From contig BPIH01000005.1 of assembly GCA_026004015.1 (NCBI GenBank), positions 31,598-95,597 on the forward strand: DNA of 64,000 bases. The letters are read 5' to 3'. Origin of the DNA: Chloroflexota bacterium. Its GTDB lineage: Bacteria > Chloroflexota > Limnocylindria > Limnocylindrales > CSP1-4. This document shows positions 36,522 through 46,517 of this stretch, piece after piece. The notes below the pieces were generated by a model. The model saw only the letters and a program-made list of their open reading frames with translations, had not been told where the DNA came from and ran no database searches. Position 1 is the stretch's first letter. The number at the start of each line of letters is the position of its first letter. A program made the translations under genes and the position numbers.

Positions 36522-37733
36522 CTACCGCCCGAACATCGTGTCGAGGGTAACCGGCACGAGCCCCCGCTCGCGGAGCCCCTCGACGATCCGCGGCAACGCC
36601 TCGAGGGTGTGGTAGCCGCCGAGGTGCATGAGGACGATGGAACCACCCTGGACCCGCGACAGGACCTTGGCGACGATGTCGTCCGTCGTCGGCCCGCCGT
36701 CGGACTCCGGCTTCCAGTCGATGGTGTCGATGTCCCACATGACCGTGTAGCTCCAGCCGGCGCCTCCGACGGCCGCCCGGACCGTCGCGTTCTGGGCCCC
36801 GTAGGGCGGCCGGAACCAGGGCCGCGTCGAGCGGCCGGTGATCGGCTCGATGACCGCCTCCGTCCGCTCGAGCTGGTCGACCATCTGGGCGGCGGTGAGC
36901 GTCGTGAAGTTCGGGTGGTCCCAGCTGTGGTTGCCGACCCGGAACAGGTCGGGGTGGGCGGCCGCCCGCTCGATGACGGCCCGACCGACGGCCGTCGTTG
37001 AGGCGATCTTGCCCGTGGGGAAGATCGTAGCCGGGACGCCGTTGGCGATGAGCCAGTCCATGATGTCGAGGGCCGGATCGAGCCGACCGCCCATGTCGAG
37101 GGTCAGGGCGACCGCGTTGGAGCCGCGGGGGCCGGAGGAGATCAGGAGGCTCGTGCCCGCGGCGGTGTCGGGGCCGGCGGCAGGGTCAGGGTCGGGATCG
37201 GCGTCGTCGTCGGGCGGGGCGTCGGGATCTCGTCGTCGCTGAGGACGACGCCCGGGACGATGAGCAGCTGCCAGCCGGCGACGATCGTGTTCGGGTCGTA
37301 GTCCGGCGAATCGGGATCGAGGCTCGGGTAGCGGTCCCGGTTCCAGTACGAGATGCTCCGGACGTCGGTGGCGAAGCGGCGGGCGATGGAGGTCAGGGTG
37401 TCGCCGCGGACGACGACGTAGACGAAGGGGGTCGGCGAGGCCGCCGTCGTGGGCGAGGCCGGGCCGGACGGCGACGGGGGCGGCGACCCCGCTCCCGGTG
37501 GCTCGGTTGCTCGGCGGCGCCGACCCCTCTCCCGAAGCCGACGGGCTGCCGCCGGCGCTGGCGAGCGGGCTCGGAGCCGACCCGACCGGCGAGGCGGAGG
37601 AGGTGGGGGAGCCGCAGCTCGCGGCGACGAGGCCCACGAGGAGGGCGATGGAGAGGGCGGGGGCGCCGATGGGACGGCGCGGGCGGCGCGGCGGAGACGG
37701 CGGATGCGGCATGGCAGCGTCAGTGTGACGCAT
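36522..37733 (-). pseudogene. secreted lipoprotein: LysM domain plus NodB-type polysaccharide deacetylase; the LysM block sits in a shifted frame (about 37430 to 37170)
   Basis: Signal/lipobox ...ALSIALLVGLVAASCGS. LysM FVYVVVRGDTLTSIARRFATDVRSISYWN...IVAGWQLLIVPG is readable only in another frame. NodB motifs LTLDMGG, NHSWDHP, RPPYG and IVLMH lie in the frame of ORF 36522..38321. Confidence 0.75.
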
Positions 37734-37807
37734 GGCGCCGCCGGATGTGGCGGCGGCGCTCGAATTCGGCCGGTGGGCGTCTCCCGCTCGCGCCTCGGCC
37801 GAGGGGC

Positions 37808-40738
37808 TCAGTCGAGGGGGAGGCTCGGTGGGTCGACGGGGGTCGGGACCTGGAGGGTGAGCTCCCCGGCCAGGGCCTCGCCGTCGGCCGCCGTGGCGAT
37901 CTGGCCGTGACCCCGCCGCTTGGCGACGAAGCAGGCCCGGTCGGCCGCCAGGAGGATCTCCTCGGATGCTCGGCCGTCGGCCGGGAAGGTCGCCACGCCG
38001 ATGGAGGAGCTGACCGTCACCCCGGTCCGTGCCCACTCCGACCCGGTGCCCCCGACGGCGAGGATGGCGTCGCGGATGCGGGTCGCGGCCGCCAGGGCAC
38101 CGGCCATGTCCGCGCCTCGGAGGATGACGGCGAACTCGTCGCCGCCGTACCGGAACACCCAGTCCGTGTCGCGCCCGGCCCGCGAGATCGCCGCCGCGAC
38201 GTCCCGGAGGTAGCGGTCCCCGGCCTGGTGGCCGAGGGCGTCGTTCACGCTCTTGAAGTCGTCGAGGTCGAGCATGAGGAGCCCGAAGGGCTCGCCGGCC
38301 TCCACGAGCCCGGCCAACCACTCCTTGAAGGTGCCGTGGTTCAGGAGCCCGGTCAGGGCGTCGGTCTGGGCTCGGATGGCAACGGCCCGGTGGACTTCGG
38401 CGTTCTGGAGGGCGATCGAGACCTGGGCCGCGAAGACCTTCGCCAGCTCGAACTCGTCGGGCGTGTAGCCGCGATCGCCGAACCGCTCGAGCATGAGGAC
38501 GCCCGTGGCCCCCGTTCGGCCCCGGAGGGGAGCGACGATCCGGCTTCGGGCCGCCCGGGGGCTGCCGGCTTCGGTGCCGGCGCCGCCCCGGGCGACCCCG
38601 TCGCCATCCACCGAGCCCCGCCCCCCGACGAGGCGGGCGGCGTTCTCGGTGACGACGAGCTTGGCCAGTCGTCGCGCCTCGGCGTCCCAGCTCGTCGGCT
38701 CCGCCGCGGCCAGGCCCTTGGCGGTCAGGGAGCGCAGCGTCCCCGTCGCCGGATCGACGACGGCGATGGTGATTCGGTCGTAGCCGATGATGGCCGCCAG
38801 GCCGTCGGCGACCTGATCGAGGACGGCCCGCGGGTCGAGGGTGGCGAGGATCGACTCGGTGATTCGGAGGAGCTCGCGCTGGCCGAGGAGCTGCCGCTCG
38901 AGGGTCGCCGACTGGGCCCGGAGCCGCTCGGTGGTGTCGGCGTTCGCCATGGCCTGGGCGGCGAAGTTGGCGTAGATGACGAGGAGCCGGAGATCGTCGT
39001 CGGTGAACTGGTGGAGCCCGAGCTTGGAAAGGACGAGGACCCCGAGGACGTCGTCCTCGTAGAGCATCGGCGCCAGGAGCATCGACTCGTCGAGGTCGGC
39101 GTCGGTTCCCGGGATGGTGAGGGCCCGCGGATCGTGGGCGGCGTCGCCGACGATCTGGGCGACCCGGTGCTGGGCGACCCAGCCGGTGAGGCCGAGGCCG
39201 ACCTTCGTCCGGAGCTGGTCCGGGGTCTCGTCGACGTACTCGCCGACCCGCCCCCGCATGGCGACCGGAACGAGATCCTCCCCGTAGCGCCGGTAGACGC
39301 GGACGTTGTGGTGGTCGATGAGCTCGCTCAGGCCGGCGACGATGGCCTCGCCGATCTCGCGGACCGACGACAACCGGGACAGCCTCGCCCCGAGCTGCTG
39401 GATCGAGGCGAGCTGTGCGGTCCAGCGGGCCATCTGCCCGTAGTCGCGGGCGGTCCGAATGGCGACGCTGGCGTGGTCGGCGAAGGCGGCGACGGTCGCC
39501 AGGTCGGCCGGCGAGAACGAGCGCGCCGTCGCCGGGTAGAGGTCGAGGAGACCGAGGGTGACGCCTCGATCGACGAGGGGGACGACGGCGCGGCCGACGA
39601 CGCCCTCCTGGATGGCGATCGAGCGGAGGCCGCTCTCCCGGGGGTCGGATCGAACGGCGTCGGTGGCTCGGGGCTCCCGGGCGGCGAGGGCCTCGGCGAC
39701 GAGACCGGAGCGCGTCGGATCCGAGGCCGTGGCGAGATACGCTGCCGACAGCCCGCGGGCGACGCCGATCTCGAACCGCCCTGGCAGGCCGCGGCTCAGG
39801 TAGATGGCGCCCCGATCGGCCGCGAAGAAGGCGAGGGCGTGGTCGACGAGGGCATCGAGGACCTGGTCGAGGTCGAGCCGACCACCGAGGTCGAGGGCGA
39901 TCCGGCGGAGCGCCTCGGTCGCCTGGAGGCTTCGGCGGGCGTCCGCCTCGGCCCGCTCGACGCGAAGGAGGGCGCCGACGATGGCGGCCAGACTGCGAGC
40001 GAAGTCGGGCCGCGGCAGGGCGGCGAGGGGCTCGCCCGCAGCGAGCCAGAGGATCGCCGACGGATTGCCGGCTGGCGTGGCGACGGCCAGCTCGGGGCCG
40101 AGGCCGAGGATCGGTTCGGTGCCCGGGCCGGGGACGACCGCCAGGTCGCCTCGAAGGGCCGTCGCCAGGAGTCGGTGGCCGGGATCGAGGGGTCCCGCCG
40201 GCGCGAGCCCGGCGGTCGCCCGGGCGACGAAGCCGTCGGCCTCGAGCTCCCAGACGCCGCCGGCGGCGAGGCCGAGCCCGTCCCGGATCGTCCGGAGGGC
40301 GGCACCGAGCGGGTTCGGCCGCTCACCCTCGGCGGCGGCGACGCCGAGGCGAGCGATGAGGTCGAGCTCGAGTCGCCGTCGCTCGTCCTCGAGGACGGCG
40401 TCGGCGCCGGTCCTCGGAGACGGGGCGAGGGTGCCGGGGCCATCTCCCCGCGGCGTCCGCTGGATTGCGGCCTGGGCCGCCGCCGGCCCGTCGGCGAGGC
40501 GCTCCGATCCGCCGTGTCCGCCAAGGTGCTCGGCCTCGGCGAGGAAGCGTTCGAGGTCGACGAGGCGGAAGCGGCGATCGCCGCGAGCGTTGATCCGGAA
40601 GTGGCGGAGCAGCCCCCGATCGCTCCAGGCTCGCACCGTGTTCGGATGGACGCCGAGGATGCGGGCGGCCCGGGTGACCGAAAGGGTCGCTTCGGTCGAC
40701 CGGTCGGGACGCGGCGGCTCGTTCGATGGGTCGGGCAT
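37808..40738 (-). CDS. MerR/excisionase-type HTH, multiple GAF domains and GGDEF diguanylate cyclase (977 aa)
   Basis: LSVTRAARILGVHPNTVRAWSDRGLLRHFRINARGDRRFRLVDLERFL (HTH). Several GAF-like blocks follow. C-terminus DALTGLLNHG...LMLDLDDFKSVND...RYGGDEFAV has an intact GGDEF motif. Likely start ATG 40738. Confidence 0.8.
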   Translation of the reverse strand: MPDPSNEPPRPDRSTEATLSVTRAARILGVHPNTVRAWSDRGLLRHFRINARGDRRFRLVDLERFLAEAEHLGGHGGSERLADGPAAAQAAIQRTPRGDGPGTLAPSPRTGADAVLEDERRRLELDLIARLGVAAAEGERPNPLGAALRTIRDGLGLAAGGVWELEADGFVARATAGLAPAGPLDPGHRLLATALRGDLAVVPGPGTEPILGLGPELAVATPAGNPSAILWLAAGEPLAALPRPDFARSLAAIVGALLRVERAEADARRSLQATEALRRIALDLGGRLDLDQVLDALVDHALAFFAADRGAIYLSRGLPGRFEIGVARGLSAAYLATASDPTRSGLVAEALAAREPRATDAVRSDPRESGLRSIAIQEGVVGRAVVPLVDRGVTLGLLDLYPATARSFSPADLATVAAFADHASVAIRTARDYGQMARWTAQLASIQQLGARLSRLSSVREIGEAIVAGLSELIDHHNVRVYRRYGEDLVPVAMRGRVGEYVDETPDQLRTKVGLGLTGWVAQHRVAQIVGDAAHDPRALTIPGTDADLDESMLLAPMLYEDDVLGVLVLSKLGLHQFTDDDLRLLVIYANFAAQAMANADTTERLRAQSATLERQLLGQRELLRITESILATLDPRAVLDQVADGLAAIIGYDRITIAVVDPATGTLRSLTAKGLAAAEPTSWDAEARRLAKLVVTENAARLVGGRGSVDGDGVARGGAGTEAGSPRAARSRIVAPLRGRTGATGVLMLERFGDRGYTPDEFELAKVFAAQVSIALQNAEVHRAVAIRAQTDALTGLLNHGTFKEWLAGLVEAGEPFGLLMLDLDDFKSVNDALGHQAGDRYLRDVAAAISRAGRDTDWVFRYGGDEFAVILRGADMAGALAAATRIRDAILAVGGTGSEWARTGVTVSSSIGVATFPADGRASEEILLAADRACFVAKRRGHGQIATAADGEALAGELTLQVPTPVDPPSLPLD

Positions 40739-41022
40739 GGTGGCGGTGGGTGGCCGAAGCCCCGTGGCGGCTCGTTCGTCTGTCCCCCGTGGGCCGGGGC
40801 GGCGCGGCCCCGGGCGGATGGCGGTCTCTCCGCGATCCGGAGAGCGGGTGGGAAATGTGAGGTTCGTGCGTCGAACGGTAGGGAAGGTCACAGATCTTGC
40901 CAATGGGACGAAGGTCCCACCGGGCACACGCTTCTGGCGTCGCCGCCATCGAGACGGCGGGCGTGATGCCCGCGTTCGGTCCGGCCGGCGTGAGGCGCGC
41001 GGTCGCGCGGGAAATGCCGCCC

Positions 41023-41352
41023 TCAGCGGCGGTCGTCCTGGCCGTCGCCCGGGACGAGCCGGACGTAGAGGAGCGTGACGGCGACGGCGAGGATCCCGAC
41101 GAGGAGGACGAGGCCGATGGCGACGATGGGCTCACCGACGAAGCCCGGTCCCTGGCCCGGACTCCGCGGGTCGCCGGCGGGGAGCGACGGGGTCGGACTC
41201 GCGGCCCGGACGACCGTGGCTCCGAACCCCCCGAACCCGCTCGCGAGCCCGACCGGCGAAGCGGCCCAGAGCGCGGCGACGAGGAGACCGACGAGAAGGG
41301 GGATGACCGGCACCGTCAGCCGTGGCGGGGAGCCCTTGACCACGGCCGTCAC
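41023..41352 (-). CDS. small membrane/secreted protein
   Basis: 109 aa with an N-terminal signal-like helix and a C-terminal TM. The GTG overlaps the upstream stop (GTGA). Confidence 0.5.
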   Translation of the reverse strand: MTAVVKGSPPRLTVPVIPLLVGLLVAALWAASPVGLASGFGGFGATVVRAASPTPSLPAGDPRSPGQGPGFVGEPIVAIGLVLLVGILAVAVTLLYVRLVPGDGQDDRR

Positions 41353-42068
41353 CCGGCCAGGAGGCCGACGAGCCCGACGACGAGACCACCGCCGATGGCG
41401 AGGAGCCCGACGACGAACAGGAGCGCGGCGGCGGCGGGCCGGAGGCGCTCTCCCTCGACGAGGACCCGCATCGCCTCGGCCGGTTCGAGGGTCGTCAGGA
41501 CGAGGTCCCGTCCGAGGCCCGGTCCGAGCCGTGCCCGCCCGTCGGAGCCGAGGGTCGGAACGCCGAGGGCGATGGCGTGCTCGACCGACGAGATCTGCTC
41601 GACCCGGACCCGGACGAGGGCTCCGGGTGGCGTCCCGGCCGGCAGCCGCTCGCCGAGGTCCGTGGCGCGACCTCTCGATTCCCGAGGCAGGACAACGAGA
41701 CCGGCGTCGAGGGCGTCCCCGTCCACGGCGATCGCCTCGAGTCCGTCGCGGATGCCGAAGGGGACGGTCTGGCGGTGCTCCTCGACCGTCCGCCAGCCGC
41801 GTCCCTCGAGGACCTCGATCCGGGTCCGCCGCCAGACGAGGGGCCGATGGGCAGCGTCCTCGAACTCGGCCTCGCTGTCGATCCGCCCGTCGACCCGAAC
41901 GTAGCGCGGGATGCCGGACCGGGCGAGGGCGACGGCGTCGGCGACCGACACCCTCGGCGTCACGGCAAGGAGGCGTCCAATTCGATACCGGTGGCCGTAG
42001 CTCCGGACGATGGCGACGGCGACGACGAGGGCGAGGCAGCCGAGCGCGACGAGGAGGAGGGGAGTCAC
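41349..42068 (-). CDS. membrane protein with N- and C-terminal TM helices flanking a soluble domain
   Basis: VTPLLLVALGCLALVVAVAIV...central domain...AALLFVVGLLAIGGGLVVGLVGLL. GTG start at 42068 inferred. Confidence 0.5.
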   Translation of the reverse strand: MTPLLLVALGCLALVVAVAIVRSYGHRYRIGRLLAVTPRVSVADAVALARSGIPRYVRVDGRIDSEAEFEDAAHRPLVWRRTRIEVLEGRGWRTVEEHRQTVPFGIRDGLEAIAVDGDALDAGLVVLPRESRGRATDLGERLPAGTPPGALVRVRVEQISSVEHAIALGVPTLGSDGRARLGPGLGRDLVLTTLEPAEAMRVLVEGERLRPAAAALLFVVGLLAIGGGLVVGLVGLLAG

Positions 42069-42331
42069 GGCTCGATCATACGTGGCGGCCGCCGCCGGGC
42101 CGCCGCCGGGCGGACCGACGGTCCGACGCCGGAAACGCAAGGGCCCGAAGGAACCTACCCAACGCGTGGGCATTGATGTGATCGCTGCCGTTAGCGTCGC
42201 TCGGCCCCTTCGGGCTGAGACGAATCCTACGCCGGGCCCCGGCCGCCGGCAATGGCCTTATCCACGAGTTTCAGAGCCCGCGCCGGAGTTATCCACCGAT
42301 CGTCCACAGGCTGCCGCTGGAGGAGGTCGAT

Positions 42332-42940
42332 TCAGCCCTCGGCGACCCGCCGCCCGCTCCTCGGATCGAGGACCGCCCGCTGCCCGCCGTAGCTCTCGAG
42401 GACGAGCCGCCCACCGACGAGCTCGGCTGCTGCGACGACGTCGCTGTGCCCGATTCGCCAGGCGACGGAGCCATCGGGCTCGAGGGCGAAGGTCTCGATC
42501 TCGGCCTGGACGATGACGTGCGGGAGCCTCGGTGAGCCGAAGAGGCCGATGATCGGGCTCGCCGAGCGGTGGATCCAGCGCAGCGCCCCCGATCGGGCCT
42601 CGAACCCGTAGCAGTGGAAGCCGTAGCGGACGACGAGGAGCCCCTCGCTGTCCCAGTGGAGGGCGGTCGGCTGGTCGTAGATCGTCGAGGCGAGGCGGAC
42701 GCTCCAGGCCCCGCCGGGGCCGGTGACCGAGAGCTCGGCGCGACAGCGCGCCTCCGGGTCGTCGGCGACGAGCCCGCCGAGGTCGACGGGCGGCGCCCCG
42801 GTCGTCGTCGACTCGGTCGCTCCCGCCGCGAGCGCTCCTCCGCCCCCGCTGCCCGTCCAGCGGATCCGGGTCCGAAGCCCGCCCGGGTAGTCAACGACCG
42901 ACTCCCGGACCGGCGGCTGGTCCGGTTCCGGTTCAGGCAC
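42332..42940 (-). CDS. hypothetical protein
   Basis: 202-aa ORF with non-repetitive, beta-rich composition (WDSEGLLVVRYGFHCYGFEARSGALRWIH...). It overlaps the YbaK stop by 8 nt. Confidence 0.5.
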   Translation of the reverse strand: MPEPEPDQPPVRESVVDYPGGLRTRIRWTGSGGGGALAAGATESTTTGAPPVDLGGLVADDPEARCRAELSVTGPGGAWSVRLASTIYDQPTALHWDSEGLLVVRYGFHCYGFEARSGALRWIHRSASPIIGLFGSPRLPHVIVQAEIETFALEPDGSVAWRIGHSDVVAAAELVGGRLVLESYGGQRAVLDPRSGRRVAEG

Positions 42941-43505
42941 TCGCGTTCTGGGTCGTCGGAGGGCGGCTCGTCAGCCCTTCGTCGGCGGGCCGGGTCTCCT
43001 CGGTGATCGGGGCGACGACGGCGTTGGCGAGAAGCCGGAGCGAGGCGGGCGGAACCGGGAAGACGGCACTCGGCGTCCCGGCCGCCGCCCAGACGACCGG
43101 GTACCGACCGAGGTCGGGATCCATGATGACCCGGATCGGCTTCGGGTGGCCGAAGGGCGGGATGCCGCCGATGACGAACCCCGTGAGGTCGTTCGCCTCC
43201 TTCGCCGTCGCCCGCCGGATGTCGGGCTCCCCGGTCACCGCGGCGAGGCGGGCGAGGTCGACCCGGTTCCGGCCGGAAACGAGGCAGAGGATCGGCTCGA
43301 GGCCACCGTCGTCGCTCGGGGCGACGAAGACGAGGGACTTGACGATCTGGCCGAGATCGGCTCCGACGGCGGCCGCGGCCTCGGCCGCGGTGTGGGTCGA
43401 CTGCTCGAAGGTCCGGATGTCGAGGCTGACTCCCTTCCGAGCCGCCGCCTCGAGGACGCGCCGGATGGCCGGGTGGGTCGTGCTGTCGGGTGAGCTCTCG
43501 GGCAC
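42933..43505 (-). CDS. YbaK/EbsC-type aminoacyl-tRNA editing (deacylase) domain protein
   Basis: IVKSLVF...ILCLVSGRNRVDLARLA...TGFVIGGIPPFGH is YbaK-like. Confidence 0.7.
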   Translation of the reverse strand: MPESSPDSTTHPAIRRVLEAAARKGVSLDIRTFEQSTHTAAEAAAAVGADLGQIVKSLVFVAPSDDGGLEPILCLVSGRNRVDLARLAAVTGEPDIRRATAKEANDLTGFVIGGIPPFGHPKPIRVIMDPDLGRYPVVWAAAGTPSAVFPVPPASLRLLANAVVAPITEETRPADEGLTSRPPTTQNASA

Positions 43506-43587
43506 GGCCGGCAGTCTACCACGGGGCGCCGCCGATCCTGGGCGCCTGCATCGCCCCGAACCCCGTCCGCGCTACGATCGGACCGCG

Positions 43588-44295
43588 ATGGTCGCGATCC
43601 TCTTCGACTGGGACGGCACCCTCGCCGACAGCCTCGGCACCTTCTTCCAGGCAAACCGGCGCCTCCTGGCCAGCTACGGTCGGCCCTTCGACGCCGAGCG
43701 CTACCGGCGGAACTACTCGCCGGACTGGCGCCGCCTCTACCGGCGCCTCGGCATTCCGCCCCACCGGCTCGCCGAGGCGAACGCCGCCTGGGAGCGCCAC
43801 TTCGATCCCGCCGCCGCCCGGCTCTTCCCCGGCGTCCGCGACGCCCTCGAGGCCCTCGCCGGGGCGGGCGCCCGGCTCGGCGTGGTGACCGCGACCCGGC
43901 GGGTCATCGTCGAACCCCAGCTCGAGCGATTCGGCCTGACCGGCCTCCTCGACGTCCTCGTCACCGCCGACGACACACCGACGACGAAGCCGGACCCGGC
44001 GCCCCTTCGGCTCGCCATCGAACGGCTCGGCCTCGGCGGCGAGGCGGCCGACCACGACATCTGGTACGTCGGCGACGCCCCCGACGACATGCGGATGGCA
44101 CGCCGACTCGACATCCCGGCCGTCGGTATCCCCTCCCTCCTCAGTCGCCCCGCCTCCCTCCGGGCGGCGGGCGCCGTCGAGATCTGGCCGTCGGTTCCCC
44201 TCTGGGCGGCGAGCTTCCTCGGCCGACTCGAGCGCGACGGGAGCGGGCGGCGCGCCCCGGCCCCGACCGAGGCCGCCCCGGATGCCCGGCCGTAG
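43588..44295 (+). CDS. HAD-IA family hydrolase (phosphoglycolate-phosphatase-like)
   Basis: MVAILFDWDGTLADS (DxDGT motif I), VVTAT (motif II), KPDP...YVGDAPDDMRMA (motifs III/IV). Confidence 0.8.
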   Translation: MVAILFDWDGTLADSLGTFFQANRRLLASYGRPFDAERYRRNYSPDWRRLYRRLGIPPHRLAEANAAWERHFDPAAARLFPGVRDALEALAGAGARLGVVTATRRVIVEPQLERFGLTGLLDVLVTADDTPTTKPDPAPLRLAIERLGLGGEAADHDIWYVGDAPDDMRMARRLDIPAVGIPSLLSRPASLRAAGAVEIWPSVPLWAASFLGRLERDGSGRRAPAPTEAAPDARP

Positions 44296-45010
44296 GTCCG
44301 GCCCCGGGTCGGTTCGACGGACCGTGCACGCCCTCGTCGTCGCCGACGGTCGCCTCCCTGCCCGGGAACGCCTCGACGCCGCCTGGCCCGGCTGGGCGGC
44401 GGACGTCGGCCTCGTCGTCGCCGCCGACGGCGGCGCCCGGGCGGCCGAGCAGCTCGGACTCCCCATCGATCTCGTCGTTGGCGATCTCGACTCCCTCGAC
44501 CCCGCCGACGCGGAGCGCCTCCGGGCGGCCGGCACCGCCTTCGAGCGGTCGCCGCGCGACAAGGACGAGACGGACACCGAGCTCGCCGTCCTGGCCGCCC
44601 TCCGCCGGGGAGCCGATCGCCTGACGATCCTCGGCGCCCTCGGCGGGCGGCGTCTCGATCACGAGCTGGCGAACCTCTGGCTCCTCGGGCACCCGGCCCT
44701 CGGCCAGGTCCCGGCCGTCGTCCTCGACGAGACGGTCCGGGTCCGGCTCCTCCAGGCGCCGGATCCGGCCGGGCGGCCGGTCCGGCTCGACCTGACCGGC
44801 CCCGTCGGCGGCGTCGTCTCGCTCCTGCCGTTCGGGGACGAAGCCGTCGGCATCACGACCGACGGGCTCCGCTACCCCCTCCGCGACGAGCCCCTCCGCT
44901 TCGGGCCGGCGAGGGGCGTCTCGAACGTCCGGACCACGGAACGGGCGAGCGTCCTCCTCCGGGCTGGCCGTCTGCTCGTCGTGGAGGGCCCTGCTACCCT
45001 CTCACCATGA
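44282..45010 (+). CDS. thiN: thiamine pyrophosphokinase
   Basis: VVGDLDSL and KDETDTELA motifs plus a C-terminal thiamine-binding beta domain. Confidence 0.75.
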   Translation: MPGRRSGPGSVRRTVHALVVADGRLPARERLDAAWPGWAADVGLVVAADGGARAAEQLGLPIDLVVGDLDSLDPADAERLRAAGTAFERSPRDKDETDTELAVLAALRRGADRLTILGALGGRRLDHELANLWLLGHPALGQVPAVVLDETVRVRLLQAPDPAGRPVRLDLTGPVGGVVSLLPFGDEAVGITTDGLRYPLRDEPLRFGPARGVSNVRTTERASVLLRAGRLLVVEGPATLSP

Positions 45011-45515
45011 GCTAGCCTGACCGAGGCCGCCGGCGTCCCCCCGGTTGGTGCTCCGGCGCCCGACTTCAACCTCCCCGACGCCACCGGCACCGAGCATCGG
45101 CTCAGCGACCTCCGCGGCCGGTGGGTCGTCCTCTACTTCTACCCGGCCGACGACACCCCCGGCTGCACGACCGAGGCGTGCCAGTTCCGGGACCTCCACG
45201 CCGAGATCGCAGCGGCGGGCGCCGTCGTCCTCGGCGTGAGCCCCGACGACCGTGCGAGCTCACGCCCGCTTCCGGGACAAGTACGGACTGCCCTTCGCCC
45301 TCCTCGCCGACGTCGACCACCGGGTCGCCGAAGCCTACGGGGTCTGGCAGCTGAAGACGAGCTACGGGCGCTCGCAGATGGGAATCGTCCGCTCGACCTT
45401 CCTCATCGACCCCGAGGGTCGGATCGCCCGGGTCTGGCCGAAGGTGAAGGCTGACGGTCACGCGGCCGAGGTGCTCGCCGCCCTCACCGCCGAGCAGGCC
45501 CGCCGCCGGTCGTGA
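45007..45515 (+). pseudogene. bcp: peroxiredoxin Bcp, frame changes at about 45013 and 45245
   Basis: VGAPAPDFNLPDATGTEHRLSDLRGRWVVLYFYPADDTPGCTTEACQFRD...VVLGVSPDD, then HARFRDKYGLPFALLADVDHRVAEAYGVW...RSTFLIDPEGRIARVW (ORF 45252..45515). A probable ATG at 45007 overlaps the TPK stop (ATGA), but an in-frame TAG follows after 2 codons as sequenced. Confidence 0.8.
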
Positions 45516-45578
45516 CGCCGGCCCGAGTTCCCCTCGCGCCCGCCCACGGCTCCTCGTCCGGGGCGGCGAGGAAAGCGA

Positions 45579-45614
45579 GAGGCTTCGCTCGTGGGGGGAG
45601 ACGAGCGAAGCCTC
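45579..45614 (+). terminator. 14-bp perfect hairpin downstream of bcp, followed by an unusually AT-rich stretch
   Basis: GAGGCUUCGCUCGU (45579..45592), loop GGGGGGAG, ACGAGCGAAGCCUC (45601..45614), then GAUGCAAUCUUAUAGCGACUUUCUGUG. Confidence 0.45.
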
Positions 45615-45686
45615 GATGCAATCTTATAGCGACTTTCTGTGCGCCGCGCAACCCCTTCCGACGCACATCCGGCCACCCATCCCACG

Positions 45687-46517
45687 ATGAGCCCCCGACG
45701 CCGCCGACCCCACACCTGGCGGCCCGAGCGCTTCATGGTCGTCGTCGCTCACCCGGACGACGCCGACTTCGGGCCCGCGGCGACGGCCGCCCGCTGGATC
45801 GACGAAGGCTCGACGGGCTGGCTCGTCTGCTGCACGAGCGGTGACGCCGGCGGCGACGACCCGGATCTCGATCCCCTCGAGCTGGCGGCGACCCGGGAGG
45901 CGGAGCAGCGCCAGGCAGCGGCCGTCGTCGGCTATGCCGGCGTCAGCTTCCTTCACCAGCCCGACGGCGCCCTCGCCAACGACCTCCCGCTCCGGGAGCT
46001 CCTCGTCCGCGAGATCCGCACCTTCCGGCCCGACGCGGTCCTGGCCACCGATCCCGAGGTCGTCTTCTACCGAGGCGGCGGGGTGAACCACGCCGACCAT
46101 CGCGCGGCGGGCCTGGCGGCCACCGACGCCGTCTATCCGGCGGCCCGCAACCCGATGGCCTTCCCGCACCTCGCCCGTGCCGGCCTCGCCCCCCACGTCG
46201 TCCGCCGGCTCTACCTCTTCTGGCCGAACTCGCCGAACGCCTGGATCGACGTGACGACGACCCTCGAGCGGAAGGTCGCCGCCCTCCGGGCCCACGTCAG
46301 CCAGATCCGGCAGCCGGATCGGCTCGAGGAGCGGATCCGGCGCTGGGCGGCCGAGGAGGGGCGGGTCATCGGGGTGCCGGCCGCGGAGGCCTTCCGGGTC
46401 GTCGTCATCGAGGAGGACGACGAGGAGGGGCCGACGGGGGAGCTTCCCGAGGACGACCCGGCCGCGGATGGCCCCGGGGAGCGCTCGGGTTCCCGGAGCG
46501 AGCTCCGTTCTCGCTAG
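45687..46517 (+). CDS. PIG-L/LmbE-family N-acetylglucosaminyl deacetylase (MshB/Mca-like)
   Basis: VVVAHPDDADFG...HADHRAAG motifs. Confidence 0.8.
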   Translation: MSPRRRRPHTWRPERFMVVVAHPDDADFGPAATAARWIDEGSTGWLVCCTSGDAGGDDPDLDPLELAATREAEQRQAAAVVGYAGVSFLHQPDGALANDLPLRELLVREIRTFRPDAVLATDPEVVFYRGGGVNHADHRAAGLAATDAVYPAARNPMAFPHLARAGLAPHVVRRLYLFWPNSPNAWIDVTTTLERKVAALRAHVSQIRQPDRLEERIRRWAAEEGRVIGVPAAEAFRVVVIEEDDEEGPTGELPEDDPAADGPGERSGSRSELRSR

